Shown in pieces: positions 25,375 to 37,940 of a DNA stretch of 64,000 nt. The first letter of the stretch is position 1; every line of letters starts with the position of its first letter. This DNA is from Paraspadella gotoi. Its lineage: Eukaryota > Animalia > Chaetognatha. The position numbers were made by a program, and so were the translations under genes. The stretch covers positions 24,634,312-24,698,311 of the forward strand of contig CM119266.1 in assembly GCA_051294375.1 (NCBI GenBank), given 5' to 3'. The notes beneath the pieces are model-generated. The model worked only from the letters and a program-made list of their open reading frames with translations, was not told the DNA's origin and ran no database searches.

Positions 25375-27926
25375 AAAAAAAGAAAAAAAAAAGAAATTAT
25401 AAAACAAACAATCGAAGAAAAAATAAATTATAAAGCAAACCATATTAAAAAAAATGTATTATTATTATGAAATTGGTACAACCAATATATTATATATTAT
25501 ATTATATATTATATTATATTATAATTTTAAGCCAAAACAAGTCGACAAAAGAAAACAAAACCAACCCTCTCTTTCTTGGCCCAGGATTCCCGTCATTCCC
25601 CAATAGAGGCCTCCGTCTTCGACGAAGGCGTTCCAGTTTGAGTTCCACCCGTCCGGACCCTCGCCCCAAGCACTGTTGACGTTGAAGTCGCCGTCTGGGT
25701 CCGCCAGTGGCTGCGATATGTAGGGCATGCCAGCGAAGAGACCTGCCTTGGAGTGCCCCAGCAGTTTCTCTTCCTTTCGACGAACCAAATCGTCCCCTTC
25801 CTCGGATTCCGGCGACGATGATTCTTCTTCTTCAAGCTCTCTCGGTCCGAAGACCGACGCTTTCCGATTTCCCGGCTGAGGCTGCTGCTGACGCCCCTGC
25901 TGCGTGAATTTTCCCGGTGTCTGAGCGGCCTCACCCTTGGGGTTCGGAAGCTGTCCTTGCTGAGCAAAAGGGTCCTGTTGTGCCACAACTTCTGGGGCCT
26001 GTCCTGATTTCCATCCTTGCTGTTGATATCTCTGCTGTGGTTTCGGCTGCTGCGCTTGAGGCTGTTGCCCCTGTTTCCACTCCTCTGGTTGAGTTTGCCT
26101 CGACTGAGGTTGCGGAGTTTGACCTTGCTGAGGTCGCCCCCACTGACCAGTTTGAGTCTGGTCCACTTGACCCCCAATTGATTGTCGCGTTCTACCAGAC
26201 TGCTGCAATGTTTTCGGCTGCCGCTGCTGCTCTGGCGATTGAATTTTATCCATGGATTGCCATCGTCCCATTTTCGGCCTTTCCTCTTCGCCCCGGGTGG
26301 CCTGAGATTGCTGTCCCGACTTTCTATCCTGCCAAGCCCCTTGAATCGGAGGCGGCATCTGCTCCTGATCCTGTTTGGCGGCCGACTTCCGCTCTTGACC
26401 CCGGTACTGAAACGGCTCAGACTGAGTTTCTGGTTGGTTCGACGAGTACTTCATCTGTCCCCGTTTCGACTTCGACGACTCTTCGTCCCCCCGTTGCATC
26501 TGCATGCGATGATGATGCAGCTTCGTCGACGACGGTTGTATCCCTGTGTCCGGGACGAGGTTCTGATCAAGTTCATCCGCGTTTTCCATTTCCTCGTCGT
26601 CGCCATCGAAATCGACCTTAACGCGATTAGAAAAAAAACCTCTACACTCAACAGAAATATAAATTGGAAAAGCACATCTTATATCGACCGAGGCTTGTTG
26701 CGGAGATGGGTGGGGAGTTGGAATGAGTCTTTTTAATGTTGCTTCTGAACTCTGAAGCCAAAACTCGATTGCTAACAGCCCTACTTCCAAATGTTCAGAC
26801 AAGCTCGATTTCTTTTTCCGCTGTCAAGAACAAAAAGCCACCTTGTCGCGTCGCGTGCGCTTGTCTCTCGTAGGTGCCTCTTCGTCCTCTTCCTCCAGAT
26901 CCTTCATCTTCTTCTTCTTCTTTTTTTTCTTCTTCTTTTTCGCCCCGACATCTTTCGGCGGAGGCGGCGGCTCGGGCTCGACCTCGAACACCAACGGTTT
27001 CCAAGAGTGAGGCTCTGGTTTGTGGGGACTCAACTTGACGACCATCTCCCGACTGTAGCGAGTCTCCATGCGACGGCGACGAAGCTCGCCCATGTTAAAG
27101 AATGCTATCGGCTTGCGGCGTTGACGATACCACGGGACGGAAGGGGGAAAAGGAGGGAGACCGGCGTCCTTTTTCCACCCAAGTCGGTTAGGGGGCGGGA
27201 TTGAAGACGAGTAGAAGTCGAGAGAGAAAAAGGTAAATGACCAGTGAGTAATGAGAATACTAGACTAAAAAGAATTTTAAAATTATAGTCCACAATATTA
27301 ATCACCCCACTGCCATCTTCAATCATTTTCACTTCCGCAGGAGTTCCTTGCTTGGCTTGTTGTCTCAGAGGGCAATTCTTTATTAGATGATTGGGCGGAC
27401 CACGTGGTAGACAGTGATTGACGCGGCGAGGGCAATCCTGTCTTAAGTGAGGCTTGGCCGGAGGAGGGGGCTCTGGACACCAATCGAGTGGTGGAGGCCC
27501 GTCCTCTTGTGTGTGAACCGCTTTTTCGTGGATATTGGTCGCAAGTTTCTTGACGGGCTTATTTCCCGCCAAAGAACAGCAGGGTTTGACAGTAATATGA
27601 GAGGAATCTCCGGCCCCCGTTCTCCTGTTTGTCGACTTGGGGCCCGAATCACTAAGAATTGTCCAGGGATGCGAAGAATTGTTGACAGTAGACCATTCTG
27701 GATCGTTGGCACCAATGAACGATGGTTGGCGCGAAGGCACATAAGCTTGCTTGCCTTTCTTCGGAGCGATCACTGGCTTATTTAGGCTCGGCGAGTAGGA
27801 TTTTCGATCCCGAGTATTTTGCGAGTAACGATCCCCAGGTCGGGTGTCTCTCCCGTACAAAGAAGAAGTTCTATCATCAGGACGCGACACAACTGTTACC
27901 CGTGAACCGCAGTCGCAGTTTGACAT
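24364..27926 (-). CDS. Putative multi-exon orphan protein with Pro-rich, poly-Lys and long Gln-rich low-complexity regions
   Basis: Long GC-rich minus-strand ORFs at 27105-27926, 26824-27093, 25519-26802 and 24364-24595, separated by AT-rich intron-like gaps. No recognisable domain; could be two genes. Confidence 0.55.
25270..25375. repeat. (GATA)n(GAAA)n microsatellite
   Basis: Direct inspection. Confidence 0.95.
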
Positions 27927-29010
27927 TTGATCTATTTGCGAAGAATCTGAATTTTAGATTAAAACTATTTTACGCCTCGCGTAAAATTAGTCGTAAAAAG
28001 GTTGCTATGAGTAGGGAAGTCTGGCGTTAAGCGTCCGAGATAAAAATTAGCGAATAAAAAAGTCGTTATTTCACTCACTGAATAAAAAAACTTAAAATAC
28101 TTACAAAATACATAAAATTGATAAAATTATAATTGCGATAACATTGTTCAATCACATGCAACACATCCAGTACCCTTTTTTTCATTGAAATTGACAGATA
28201 TCAACTATAAATATCAGAATAAATTTTTCTTTTTGATACAACAAGAGAACTGAACCTCCGTCGCTGGATGTCGTCAGGTTACTAGTAAATATGCGTTTGA
28301 GGATTCCAAATATGTTTTTAAAATTGACCTACGTAGACGCGCATAGACGCGATATGTCTTGAAAGCAAGTTGTTCCGTTATTTCCTTTACATTTTTTCTT
28401 CAATTTCTAAGAGTTTTGCGAGATGGGGGATCAGTTTTCAGGGAATTTAGGCTTTTTTTGTGGTCTCGCCACGATTCGAACCACAAGACCGTGATAAATA
28501 GTACAAATATGGGCATATTTGGAAAGCTTGGCGTCTTGGGAAGCCGTTGCCGGTGGAGCGCGAGAAAAATATGGTCATCTTGACATAAAAAAAAGGGAAT
28601 TAAAGTGGAATGGTTGGCCTGGCAGAAAAAAATTATCACAATTTTTTTCTTTCCATGTCACAATGCTATCACAAAACAACTTTAATGCATCATGTGAGGC
28701 ATCATATGAAAGCTAACGATGTCTGGCACATGTCAGCACGTGAAAAAAAATTTTCTTTATAAAAATAAAAAATCACCAGACTACCCTACTATGAGTCATA
28801 TGACTATTAGTCGTATGACTATGAGAAACCTTCGCCTTCGTTTTCTCCGATTTTAAAGCGCGTTTTGGGTCCCTTAGAACGACTCCCAATTGAAACGCGT
28901 CTTCCATCAGCCTCGTAAGGAGAGAAAGTAGAAAATTAGAGAAGTAAAACAAAAAGCTTTGTTTTAGAATAAGAATAATAAAAATAATAATAAAAATAAT
29001 AATTAAAAAT

Positions 29011-30537
29011 CAGTGGCGGCGAGAGGGGGGAAAGAAGTGATGAGCGGGGTTTTCCGTCTCTTGCTCACCCTTCTGAGAGAATCAATATCGCAGGGTTTAA
29101 CGAATCTTTAGAGAACAAGAACTAGAAGAAAGCAATAGAGCAAGCATCGGTTAGCAATAGTAATATCAATGACCTCTCAGGTAAGCTCGGCTTAGCCACT
29201 CAATACAAACAATGTAAACCGTATAAATGAACACTAGACCAATACTAAACCCCGACGATTGCTAATTAATATTAATGCGATCTGTATCAATGAAATCATG
29301 ATTAAACAAAGTAATGAAATAACGATGAACTGTATTGTTTGTAAACAAATATCGATTGTTTATATTTTTAAACACTTTTACAAAAGGTAAATAAGATCGA
29401 CGGATTACGACGAGAGTTTATGTCCAACAGAAGAAAAAAGAAGAAAAAAACCTTAAAGCATAAGGATCGTTGCAATCGCATAAGAAAAATCTGGATTGAC
29501 GACAAATTTTGATAGTAAAAAAAAGAAAATTTGAGAAAAAAAAATTTGAAAAAAAAATAAACTGATCAGCAGACGCAGCCCCTGAGAAAAAAAAAAAAGA
29601 AACAAAAACCCGATGATAGCAAAATGATAACATGCTCGAATGCGATGCTTAGTTTTACGAGTTCAATCCCAACTCAATTTGAGAAAAAAAAAAATCAAAA
29701 GGCAGCAGCAGAAGCAGCAGGAAAAAAATAGAAAAAGAAAGAGCCCCTGCAGAGCCAGCAGATGCAGACAAATTGCTCAACATTTTTTTTTATTTCCCTA
29801 TGAATCAGTAACTAGGGAAAAGAGAGAGGGAGAGAGACATGTAATTAAAAGAGAAAAGAGAGAGAAAGAAATATGGAAATAAAAGAAAGAAAATTTGTGT
29901 TTTGATAAAACGTAAATAAAACATATTTAACAACTGTCCTGACTCAATTTTAAGCACATCAATGATGAGAAGCTGTATATAAATTTTCAGCTTCATACAC
30001 CCAAATTTAATTATAAAAAAGGTGATCTATAATTGGAACGCCGACGACAACGACGCCACTTATGCGCCAAAAGCGTTACAAAATCGTCGCAAACGCTAAG
30101 CGATTGCGACGATAAAAAGGGAAGAAAAAGGAAAAAAAAAAAATTGATTATGAAAAAAAGTTTAGTCTGTACAGATAGTTTATCAGATCAAATTAAGGTT
30201 AGATCATTGTTGGGCCCCTTTAGGCTTTAGGGGTCAAATCAAGGCCCCTTTATTGGTAATGTCCCAATTGTTTCAGGGATATAGTTTATTTCATTTTTAA
30301 TTNNNNNNNNNNATCAAGGCCCCTTTATCGGTAATGTCCCAATTGTTTCATTTTTAAATGGGCCCCTAATTCAGTCAAGTTGTTTAAAATCAATGAGGGC
30401 TCCACAATACTGTATGAGATAGTAGTTTGAGCACTGGACCAATTTTCAAAGCAAAAAGGCAGTACTCGCAAACTAAAAATTAAAATTCTGGAGAGGGGCG
30501 GCGGCCAGGGGGCCCGCCACTTCTCTCGCCGCCCTTG
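29011..30537. mobile_element. Putative non-autonomous hAT-like DNA transposon, ~1.5 kb
   Basis: Terminal inverted repeats cagtggcggcgagag (29011) and ctctcgccgcccttg (ending 30537), several subterminal ggcccc motifs, and flanks ttaaaaat/tcaataat that match 6 of 8 as a possible decayed 8-bp target-site duplication. No transposase ORF. Confidence 0.5.
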
Positions 30538-31319
30538 TCAATAATAATATAATAATGATAATAATAGTAATAATTAAAAACGGTGGATTTAAAAAATTCG
30601 CTTTCACGTCAACATAAAATTTTATCGTTAAGTTAAGGTTAATTGAACAATAAAGGATAAATGAGTAATACTTTTTGCAAAATATTTTATCCTAGAACGT
30701 TACAAAAACGAACGAACGTTACGAACAGAATTCATGGTATGCTTTCTGCCATCTTGAGGGCGGGAAAACACTGAGCTTTGGCGTTTGCGATCTTCTGTGT
30801 GCACCACGATGCTTCGACGTCCGGGGTTCACAGCGTAGTCAAACCTGGTCCAATCATGTCTTATAATCTACTTATAACTTAATAGGTACCTATACCCAAA
30901 TATATATTAAAGGCTAAATTTTACTTTCGCCGACCGCGGTTTTTGCGGCTTTTGAAAAACCATTTAAAAATACTTATTTTTGAAAATAAAAACCCTAAAC
31001 CCTTTTAACCCTAACCTTAAACCACCTTTAACCCTAACCCCCTGCTTAACCCCAGTCAATCTTTATGGTTAACATGAAATTACAGAGGTCCAGCTAACAA
31101 GAGAGAGAGAGGTCCTAACAAAATTTAAGGAAATTTTAGCAAAATTCAAGATAAAGATGTATTTTATTTAAAATATAAGAAAAACAAACAAGATTATTAA
31201 ATTTTTCATCTAATATATAGGGACGCTCCTTTCTTTAAAAAGCTTTCCCCTGTATGTATCCCTATCAGAACATACAATTCTACTTTGTAGTCTTAACCCT
31301 CAACAATAACGATCAGAAC

Positions 31320-32180
31320 ATCATATTATGCTAAATTAAGCAAAAAAAAACTGTCTGTCCGTCCGTCTGTCCATCACCGTTAGCAAAAAACTCCAATTAC
31401 TCGGATGGATGGATTGGAATGAAATGTGCGTGGGTAGGAAAGTGTGTGATTGAGCTGGATATAAAGTTTCGATGGAATTGTGCGAGTGGAAATGAGTTTA
31501 AATGAAAAAAAGTCATATTAACTTAAATCTTTTTTACTAATTTTAACCTATAATTACTTGAATTAATCATAATTGGATGGTTAGATTGAGATTAAATTTT
31601 GTGTGTGGTTAGGAAAGTGTGATGAATCTGGATATAAAGTTTAGATGGAATCGTGCGAGTGGAAATGAGTTTAGTTGGAAAAAAACATAAGTCACTTTAA
31701 TTTGAATCTTTTTGATAATTTAAATTCATAATTAATCGAATTAATCATATAATTGGATGGATAGATTGATTAAATTTTGTGTGTGGGTAGGAAAGTGTGT
31801 GATTGAGCACGATATAAAGTTTCGATGGAATCGAGGTGTGGAAATGAGTTTGCATGGAAAAAACCAAAGTCAAGTTGACTTGAATTTTTATTATTTATTC
31901 TTACTCATGAATGTTTTAAATAATTGATTAATTAATTAATTAAAAAATGATGCAATTTGAAAGAATGATGCAAGTTGAAAAAATGATGCAAGTTAAAAAA
32001 ATGATGCAAGTTGAAAAAACGAAACGAGTAAAAAAAATGACTCAAGTGGAAAAAATAATAATAGTTAAAAAAAATTATTTGCACTTTATTTGTAATTATT
32101 TCTACTATAGTATTTATTTATTTATTTAGCTGATTACTTAATTATAGTGGGCAGATCTGACAATGTTTGCTCAAACTTGT
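31320..32180 (+). mobile_element. Helentron/DINE-1-like non-autonomous element with central tandem repeats
   Basis: (GTCY)n microsatellite at 31351-31372, three ~175-bp tandem units at ~31400-31890, an 18-bp minisatellite at 31947-32050, and a 3' hairpin ending tgctcaaacttgt shared with 33745 and 24761(-). Confidence 0.55.
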
Positions 32181-32595
32181 GTTAAATAAAAGATGGTTTA
32201 GGTTAGGGGTAGTTAGGTTTATGGGTATTTAGGGCTAAGGTTAATAAGGTTCAAGGGTAATTAAGGTTAAAAGTAATTAGGGGTTAAGAGAGGTTAAAGA
32301 TAAGATAGGTTAGAGTTAAAAATGGTTAAGATTAAAAATAATTGTTAAAAAGTTTTTGTATCTTTACAATTTTTTTTTTATATAAAATTTTTTATACATT
32401 ATTACACCTCAGAAACAAAAAAAATTACCGACTGGAAAATCTTAGATCAAATGTAAAATTTAAACTAAAAAATCTTTAAAAGTATCCATATAAACAAACA
32501 TGTTATATTTGAATAACTAATTGACAGTATCAAAATATAAATGCTTACTTAAGAATTTAAAAATATAATATCAATCAATTTTTTTAATAATTTGC

Positions 32596-35020
32596 CTTCC
32601 TAACGCTTGGTTTTTCTCCCTTTCTTCTGACAACTCTTGTTTGAGAATCTTCAATTCGTTTTTAAGTTCGGAAACCTTAAAATTAAAACATGATGTTAAT
32701 AAAAAATAAAATTATACATTCACTAATCACTATTTAACACCAATATATATATCAGTAGGATCTGGGTCTCAGCTATCATTTGGTATGAAATTGGTACAAC
32801 CAATATAAAAATTATCCATTCATTTAATAAATAAGCTATCTTGCCCCTGACTTTGGACAGGCTTTGGTGGTTTAAGGCCTCCATCACTCTTACAAAATAA
32901 TGACATAGCAGGTCCCTGCAAGCTTTCAATCAAGACTCTCACAGTCGCGTTTATTCACTCCCAGAGTATGTAATTCTAATCATTTTTAATTTTTTTTGGC
33001 TACATGGTTTAGCTGACAAATGAAGTACAAAATTTTGTCAGAGATTTTCGCTACCACGAGTCTGGTTATTGCCTTTTTACTAATTTTTTTTTGTAGATAA
33101 GCGAGGGTTATGGTAAAAGTAAAGGTAGTCTGGTAGAACCAAACGCGTGTGGTATTATTAATGTAAAACTTCAGGTTTAGATCACAGATTAAAAAATATG
33201 ATAAAAATTTGCATGGGTAAGCTTCGCCACGTTAACTTGCATCGTGTCTTATACAAGTTGAAAAAATTATGCCAGTTAATCAAATTATGCCAGTTGACCA
33301 AATTATGTCAGTTGACCATATTATGTCAGTTGACCAAATAATGCAAGTTGATTAAAATTTTGCAAATTAAATTATGCAAGTTGGCCTAATTATGTCAGTT
33401 GACCAAATTAAGCAAGTTGACCTAATTATGTCAGTTGACCAAATTAAACAAGTTAACCAAATTATGCCAGTTGACCAATTCATGCCAGTTGACCAAATTA
33501 TGTTGATTTAATTATGTAAATTGATTAAATTATGAAAGTTGACCAAATTATGCAAGTTGGTATTGGCACAGCTACTGGTAATTGATAGATCAATTGATTT
33601 ATAAATATAGATTTATTAAGAAGTCTGTTATGATTTGCTATAATCACAAATTAAGAGTCAGAAAAATTACCATGATTTTTCATCGGATTAACTTATTACC
33701 GCTTAATTATCGTAGGCAGATCCGACATGGTATGCTCAAACTTGTTTGCACATAACTTAACTAGCCTTAACCGTAACCAATAACTAATAAGGTGAACAAA
33801 ATCAAAACAAAAAGTTCTGTAATTTAAATAACGTTAGAGCATCCCTGTAAGATAATGAATTTCAAAAAAATTGAAGATTTTATGTATAGTTAATAACATA
33901 CTTAAAGTTTATCGTCTTATTATAAATCCTGAATTTTTTTTTTAAATTCAGAATTTTTAAAAATGAATTCAGGTAGAACTTATAAAAATAAATAAAAAAT
34001 ATTATTATAAGATTTTTAAATTTGTATATTTTATTGGTTAAAATTAATAAAACTATACAAATTATGGTACAATGATGATGATGATGATTTTAAAGAGTTT
34101 TTAAATTATTTTACCAAATTATCATCAAAATATAAAAAAATGCATTATACTTTATATAAATAACTTTTTATGGGTTTTCTGAATCCGTTTTTAAAATTTT
34201 TTTTACAAAAATATTTTTTATTGCCTACGCATTTATAAATATTTAAATGCTTCAATGTTATAATGCTTCACTAGTTAAAAAAGTGATAATAAACATTGAT
34301 TAATATTGATGGACAAATAAATTTATAATACAAACTTTAATGATAAAAAGTGATCAATTTTGGCCCGCCTTAATAACTACTCCTATCCTTAACCACCCTT
34401 AAACCTAACTACCCCTTCACCTTCATTACCTCTAACCATCCCTAACCTTTAATACCCTGAACCTTAACCAAACTTTAGTGGGTTTTTTTCTACAAAGAAA
34501 AAAATAATATACAAATAAAAAAATAACCGACTGGTTTGGTTCCTATTGGGGAAAGTAAAATAGTGACAACTAATAATTTAGGCTAATAGAATTAACAAAA
34601 GTATTTTGCCTCCATAATTTTGACGGGCAATAATCATAATTGTAGAAGTTTTTTAAGGTTAGGGTAACAACGGTTAGGGTTAGAGGGTTTAGGGTAAGAA
34701 TTTGTAGGGGTTTTTAATTATTTATTTTCCGCATAATAATATACAGAAACGGAGAAAAAATCTTTAAAAAATATTAAATTAAGCTTCTCTAATTTTTTTC
34801 ACAAAACTTGCGAGAAAAAGGGGCCGACCTGCTCCGACTGAGGGGAGTTGTATTCTGGATTAACTTCAATAGCCATCGAATCGTTAAAGACAAGATTATT
34901 TTGCGGATGTCGCCGATCAAAATGGCTTGTCAAATAAACATCGCTGACGAAGGTTTTCAAACAAACTGGACATTGGTAGAGACGGTCGATGTTCCCCGCC
35001 GTCAGTGGCAAAGCGTACAT
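32596..35020 (-). CDS. DZIP1/Iguana-like single C2H2 zinc finger plus coiled coil; partial model, further exons probably near 30720-30846, 28830-28912 and 28250-28580
   Basis: Exon 35020-34829 encodes YQCPVCLKTFVSDVYLTSHFDRRHP, resembling the DZIP1 finger (YQCxxCxKxF...LxSHxxRRH). It splices in phase 0 to 32675 (VSELKNELKILKQELSEEREKNQAL). Confidence 0.5.
32786..32965. mobile_element. Young ~150-185 bp dispersed repeat; other copies at 35911-36097, 36235-36389 and (diverged) 37553-37715
   Basis: Near-identical atgaaattggtacaaccaatataaaaattatcc...ggacaggctttggtggtttaaggcctcc...gcaagctttcaatcaagactct. Confidence 0.85.
33255..33560. repeat. 18-bp minisatellite (aattatgycagttgacca)n
   Basis: About 16 imperfect units, upstream of the same 3' end motif (33696-33745) as the 31320-32180 element. 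Confidence 0.9.
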
Positions 35021-35526
35021 GGCGACTTATTATTAGTTTCGACAGCAAAGTGGAATAATACCGCCAAAAGTTAAAACAAATAAATAACCGATGGCTAAGC
35101 TGTAAAACTCTTTTTAAGGGCTAAGGCTTCCGACGAAACGATTTTTTTAGTGTCAGGCTTTACACACACAAAAGCTGATTTTGTTTGGTACCCGATGATG
35201 AGTGTGGAGACATAGCTAATATCATCTCATTTGTAATAAATGTTACTTCTACGTTATGAAAATCCATAATTTATATGAAAAACCGATATTTTTAAAAACT
35301 ATTTATTAAATAATAACAACAACAAAATATCAATTGAAAAATCTTCAATTCCAGAGATTCATTGATTTCCATCGCCATCCATTTGGTCGATTCTATAAAG
35401 GAAATAAAAATTACTTGACAGTGATAGGATAAAAAGATTAATTTATCATTATTATCATTATTCATTAATACATACTTTTTAACCTGGTAATATAAATTTT
35501 TGTTAAGTTCTATGAAGAAAACAAAT

Positions 35527-35567
35527 TTTGGAGATGTTTCGGCTTTAATGTAAGCCTTCATCAGCGC
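35527..35567 (-). ncRNA. Minimal type I hammerhead ribozyme motif with a CUC cleavage triplet
   Basis: Reverse complement reads gcg-CTGATGA-aggctt-acatta-aagcc-GAAA-cat-CTC. Confidence 0.6.
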
Positions 35568-36770
35568 AAAAACGAATTGAGATGTGAAAAAAATATTTTT
35601 ATAGATTCTCTCTTCAAATTTATAAATTTGTTTTTTAATAAAACTTTGTACATATAAATAATTAATTTTCTACCTCAAACAAATAATGCAACGAAATGAA
35701 AGGAAAAATAATATTTTTGTTATATTTTTTAAACGGTTAGCAATTAATTTAATGATGGTTAAGGATTAAGGGTGGTTAGGGTTAGGGGTAGTTAGTAGGC
35801 CGGAACAGGTTGAAAACTAGAAGTTCTCTAAATAAATAATGGTTGACTGTTTGAGAATATGAAAATAAAAATAATTTTAAAATTATCTTATTAAAGATTA
35901 TTTTATTACTATGAAATTGGTATTATAACCAATATAAAAATTATCCATAATTTAATAAATAAGCTATCTTGTCCCTGACTTTGGACAGGCTTTGGTGGTT
36001 TAAGGCCTCCATCTCTCTTACAAGATAATGACATAGCAGGTCCCTGCAAGCTTTCAATCAAGACTCTCTCACAGTCTCGTTTATTCCTCCCAGAGTACCT
36101 GGCTTCTCTATCAATGAAGTGGAAAATAATTCAAAGAATGTTTCAATTGTATGAAAAGACCACTCCCTTAAGTATTAGATCGGGAATACTTATTGTACTG
36201 CTGCACTAGCATCAAAATACAAGGAGCTGAATTTATGAAATTGGTACAACCAATATAAAAATTATCCATTCATTTAATAAATAAGCTATCTTGCCCCTGA
36301 CTTTGGACAGGCTTTGGTGGTTTAAGGCCTCCATCTCTCTTACAAGATAATGACATAGCAGGTCCCTGCAAGCTTTCAATCAAGACTCTAAAGTTAAAAT
36401 TTCTTTTTAAATTTTTCAATTTTTTATAATAGATTCTGATAGAGCTTTAAAGTTAGATAAAGGTTATTAATACAACTTTTTAAATTTTTTTTGTTTTATT
36501 GATAACAATTTTAAAAAGTCATATATTTGATGATGATTTTTTTAAGTTTTTTATATTTTAACCATTTATATCAAAATTTATTAATATCACTTTTAAATTT
36601 TTTTTGTTTTATTGATAACAATTTAAAAAGTCATATATTTGATGATGATTTTTTTTAAGTTTTTTATATTTTTTAACCAATTTATATCAAAATTTTAAAA
36701 AAGTTTTCAAGCTCTATAGGAATCCGTTTAAAAAAAATTTTTTTTAAAAAAATTTATAATTGTTATATAT

Positions 36771-37053
36771 GTAGTCGGGCATTGTCTAGGTTCACCCTAC
36801 CTATAAGCATGACTCTTTCAGTTGTGACCCGGTGGCTCATTGAGTAAAGCCATCAGCTCATGACCACTAGGTACCGGGTTCAATCCCAACCCGGTACCTA
36901 CCCTGCGGGAAGAGTGAGGACGGCCATAAGCCACCTTGGAGGCGTGGCAAACCCTCAAGCCTGGTTCCAAGCCCAGGACCCGTTCTATGTCTGCTTGAGG
37001 GGGTTATAGAAGTTATGGATAGTCATCTTCTGCCCACTTAGCGCCTTATCCAC
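36771..37053 (+). mobile_element. tRNA-derived SINE family A with a tRNA-Met-like head
   Basis: A-box-like tggctcattgag, anticodon-loop-like ctcatga and B box ggttcaatccc. The body aligns with 5835-6055(-). Confidence 0.75.
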
Positions 37054-37868
37054 ATATAATATTAAATATTTAAAAGCTTCAGTGCAACAACCCCATGAAC
37101 TAATTCAAAAAGTTGCATTGAAAATCGATTTAGTAATAGAAAGAAAAAAGACTTTTTTTTTAAAGAATGAGAAGTTATAAAAAGTTTTCATTTTTGGCCC
37201 GCCTTAGTAGTTAGGGTTGGGGATTAGGGGTAGTTAGGGTTGGGGATAAGGGGTAGTAAGGGTTAAGGGAGGTTGTGAAATGAAATTTATAATAAAAAGT
37301 TTTTTTACCTTTACCAGTATCCTTTTTTTTATTGTTACGTTACAAGCTCTTTATACGTCGCTCATAAGAAGCGAAAAACAGATCACCGACCGCAAAATCC
37401 CGGTCGGCAAATATAAAAGTTAGCCCATCGTTTTCCTTTCTTTGGTTGCGTTATTTGTTTGAGGTAAAAAATGAATTGTTTGTTTATAACAATCATTACA
37501 ATGACTTTTATTATAAAACATAAATTTGTGAGTAATAAACAAATCAGTTTATGAGATTGGAGCAACCAATATATAATTATCCATTCATTAAATTAATAAA
37601 TCAATAATTTTTCTATACCCTGACTTTGATCAATGATCAGGATATGGTAGGTTAAGAGCACCACCCGTTATACAAGATAATGACATAGCAGGACCTCTTA
37701 AACTTTCAATCAATCATATGAAATTGCTACAACCAATGTGTTGAAGAGACAGTGATAATTGTTGTGTTAGTGACAGAACCGTTCAATATAAGCAGTCCCT
37801 GAGCTTCGGATCAGGCTGTAACACCGTGTTACAGGCGAGTTAAGCGCCCCGTCCCTCTTAACTGCTAG

Positions 37869-37940
37869 GCAACCACCGGGCTAAAACCCTGGACCTTTGG
37901 GTTGGGAGGCGAATGACTTGCCTCCGACACCAATGGCCGC
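37869..37940 (-). mobile_element. Degenerate tRNA-Gly(CCC)-like sequence, probably a SINE head (family C)
   Basis: 72 nt with acceptor stem GCGGCCA/TGGTTGC and a tcgcctccca anticodon region. The T-loop is degenerate (ggttttagccc) and the anticodon stem is broken. Confidence 0.45.

Noticed and set aside
33255-33560. Regular short repeats as a CRISPR array, also 45670-45990 and 31400-31890
   Set aside because: Head-to-tail units without unique spacers, no cas genes, eukaryotic context.
36826-36900. Functional tRNA-Met gene
   Set aside because: The cloverleaf stems pair poorly and the sequence continues into a body shared with other dispersed copies, so it is a SINE head.
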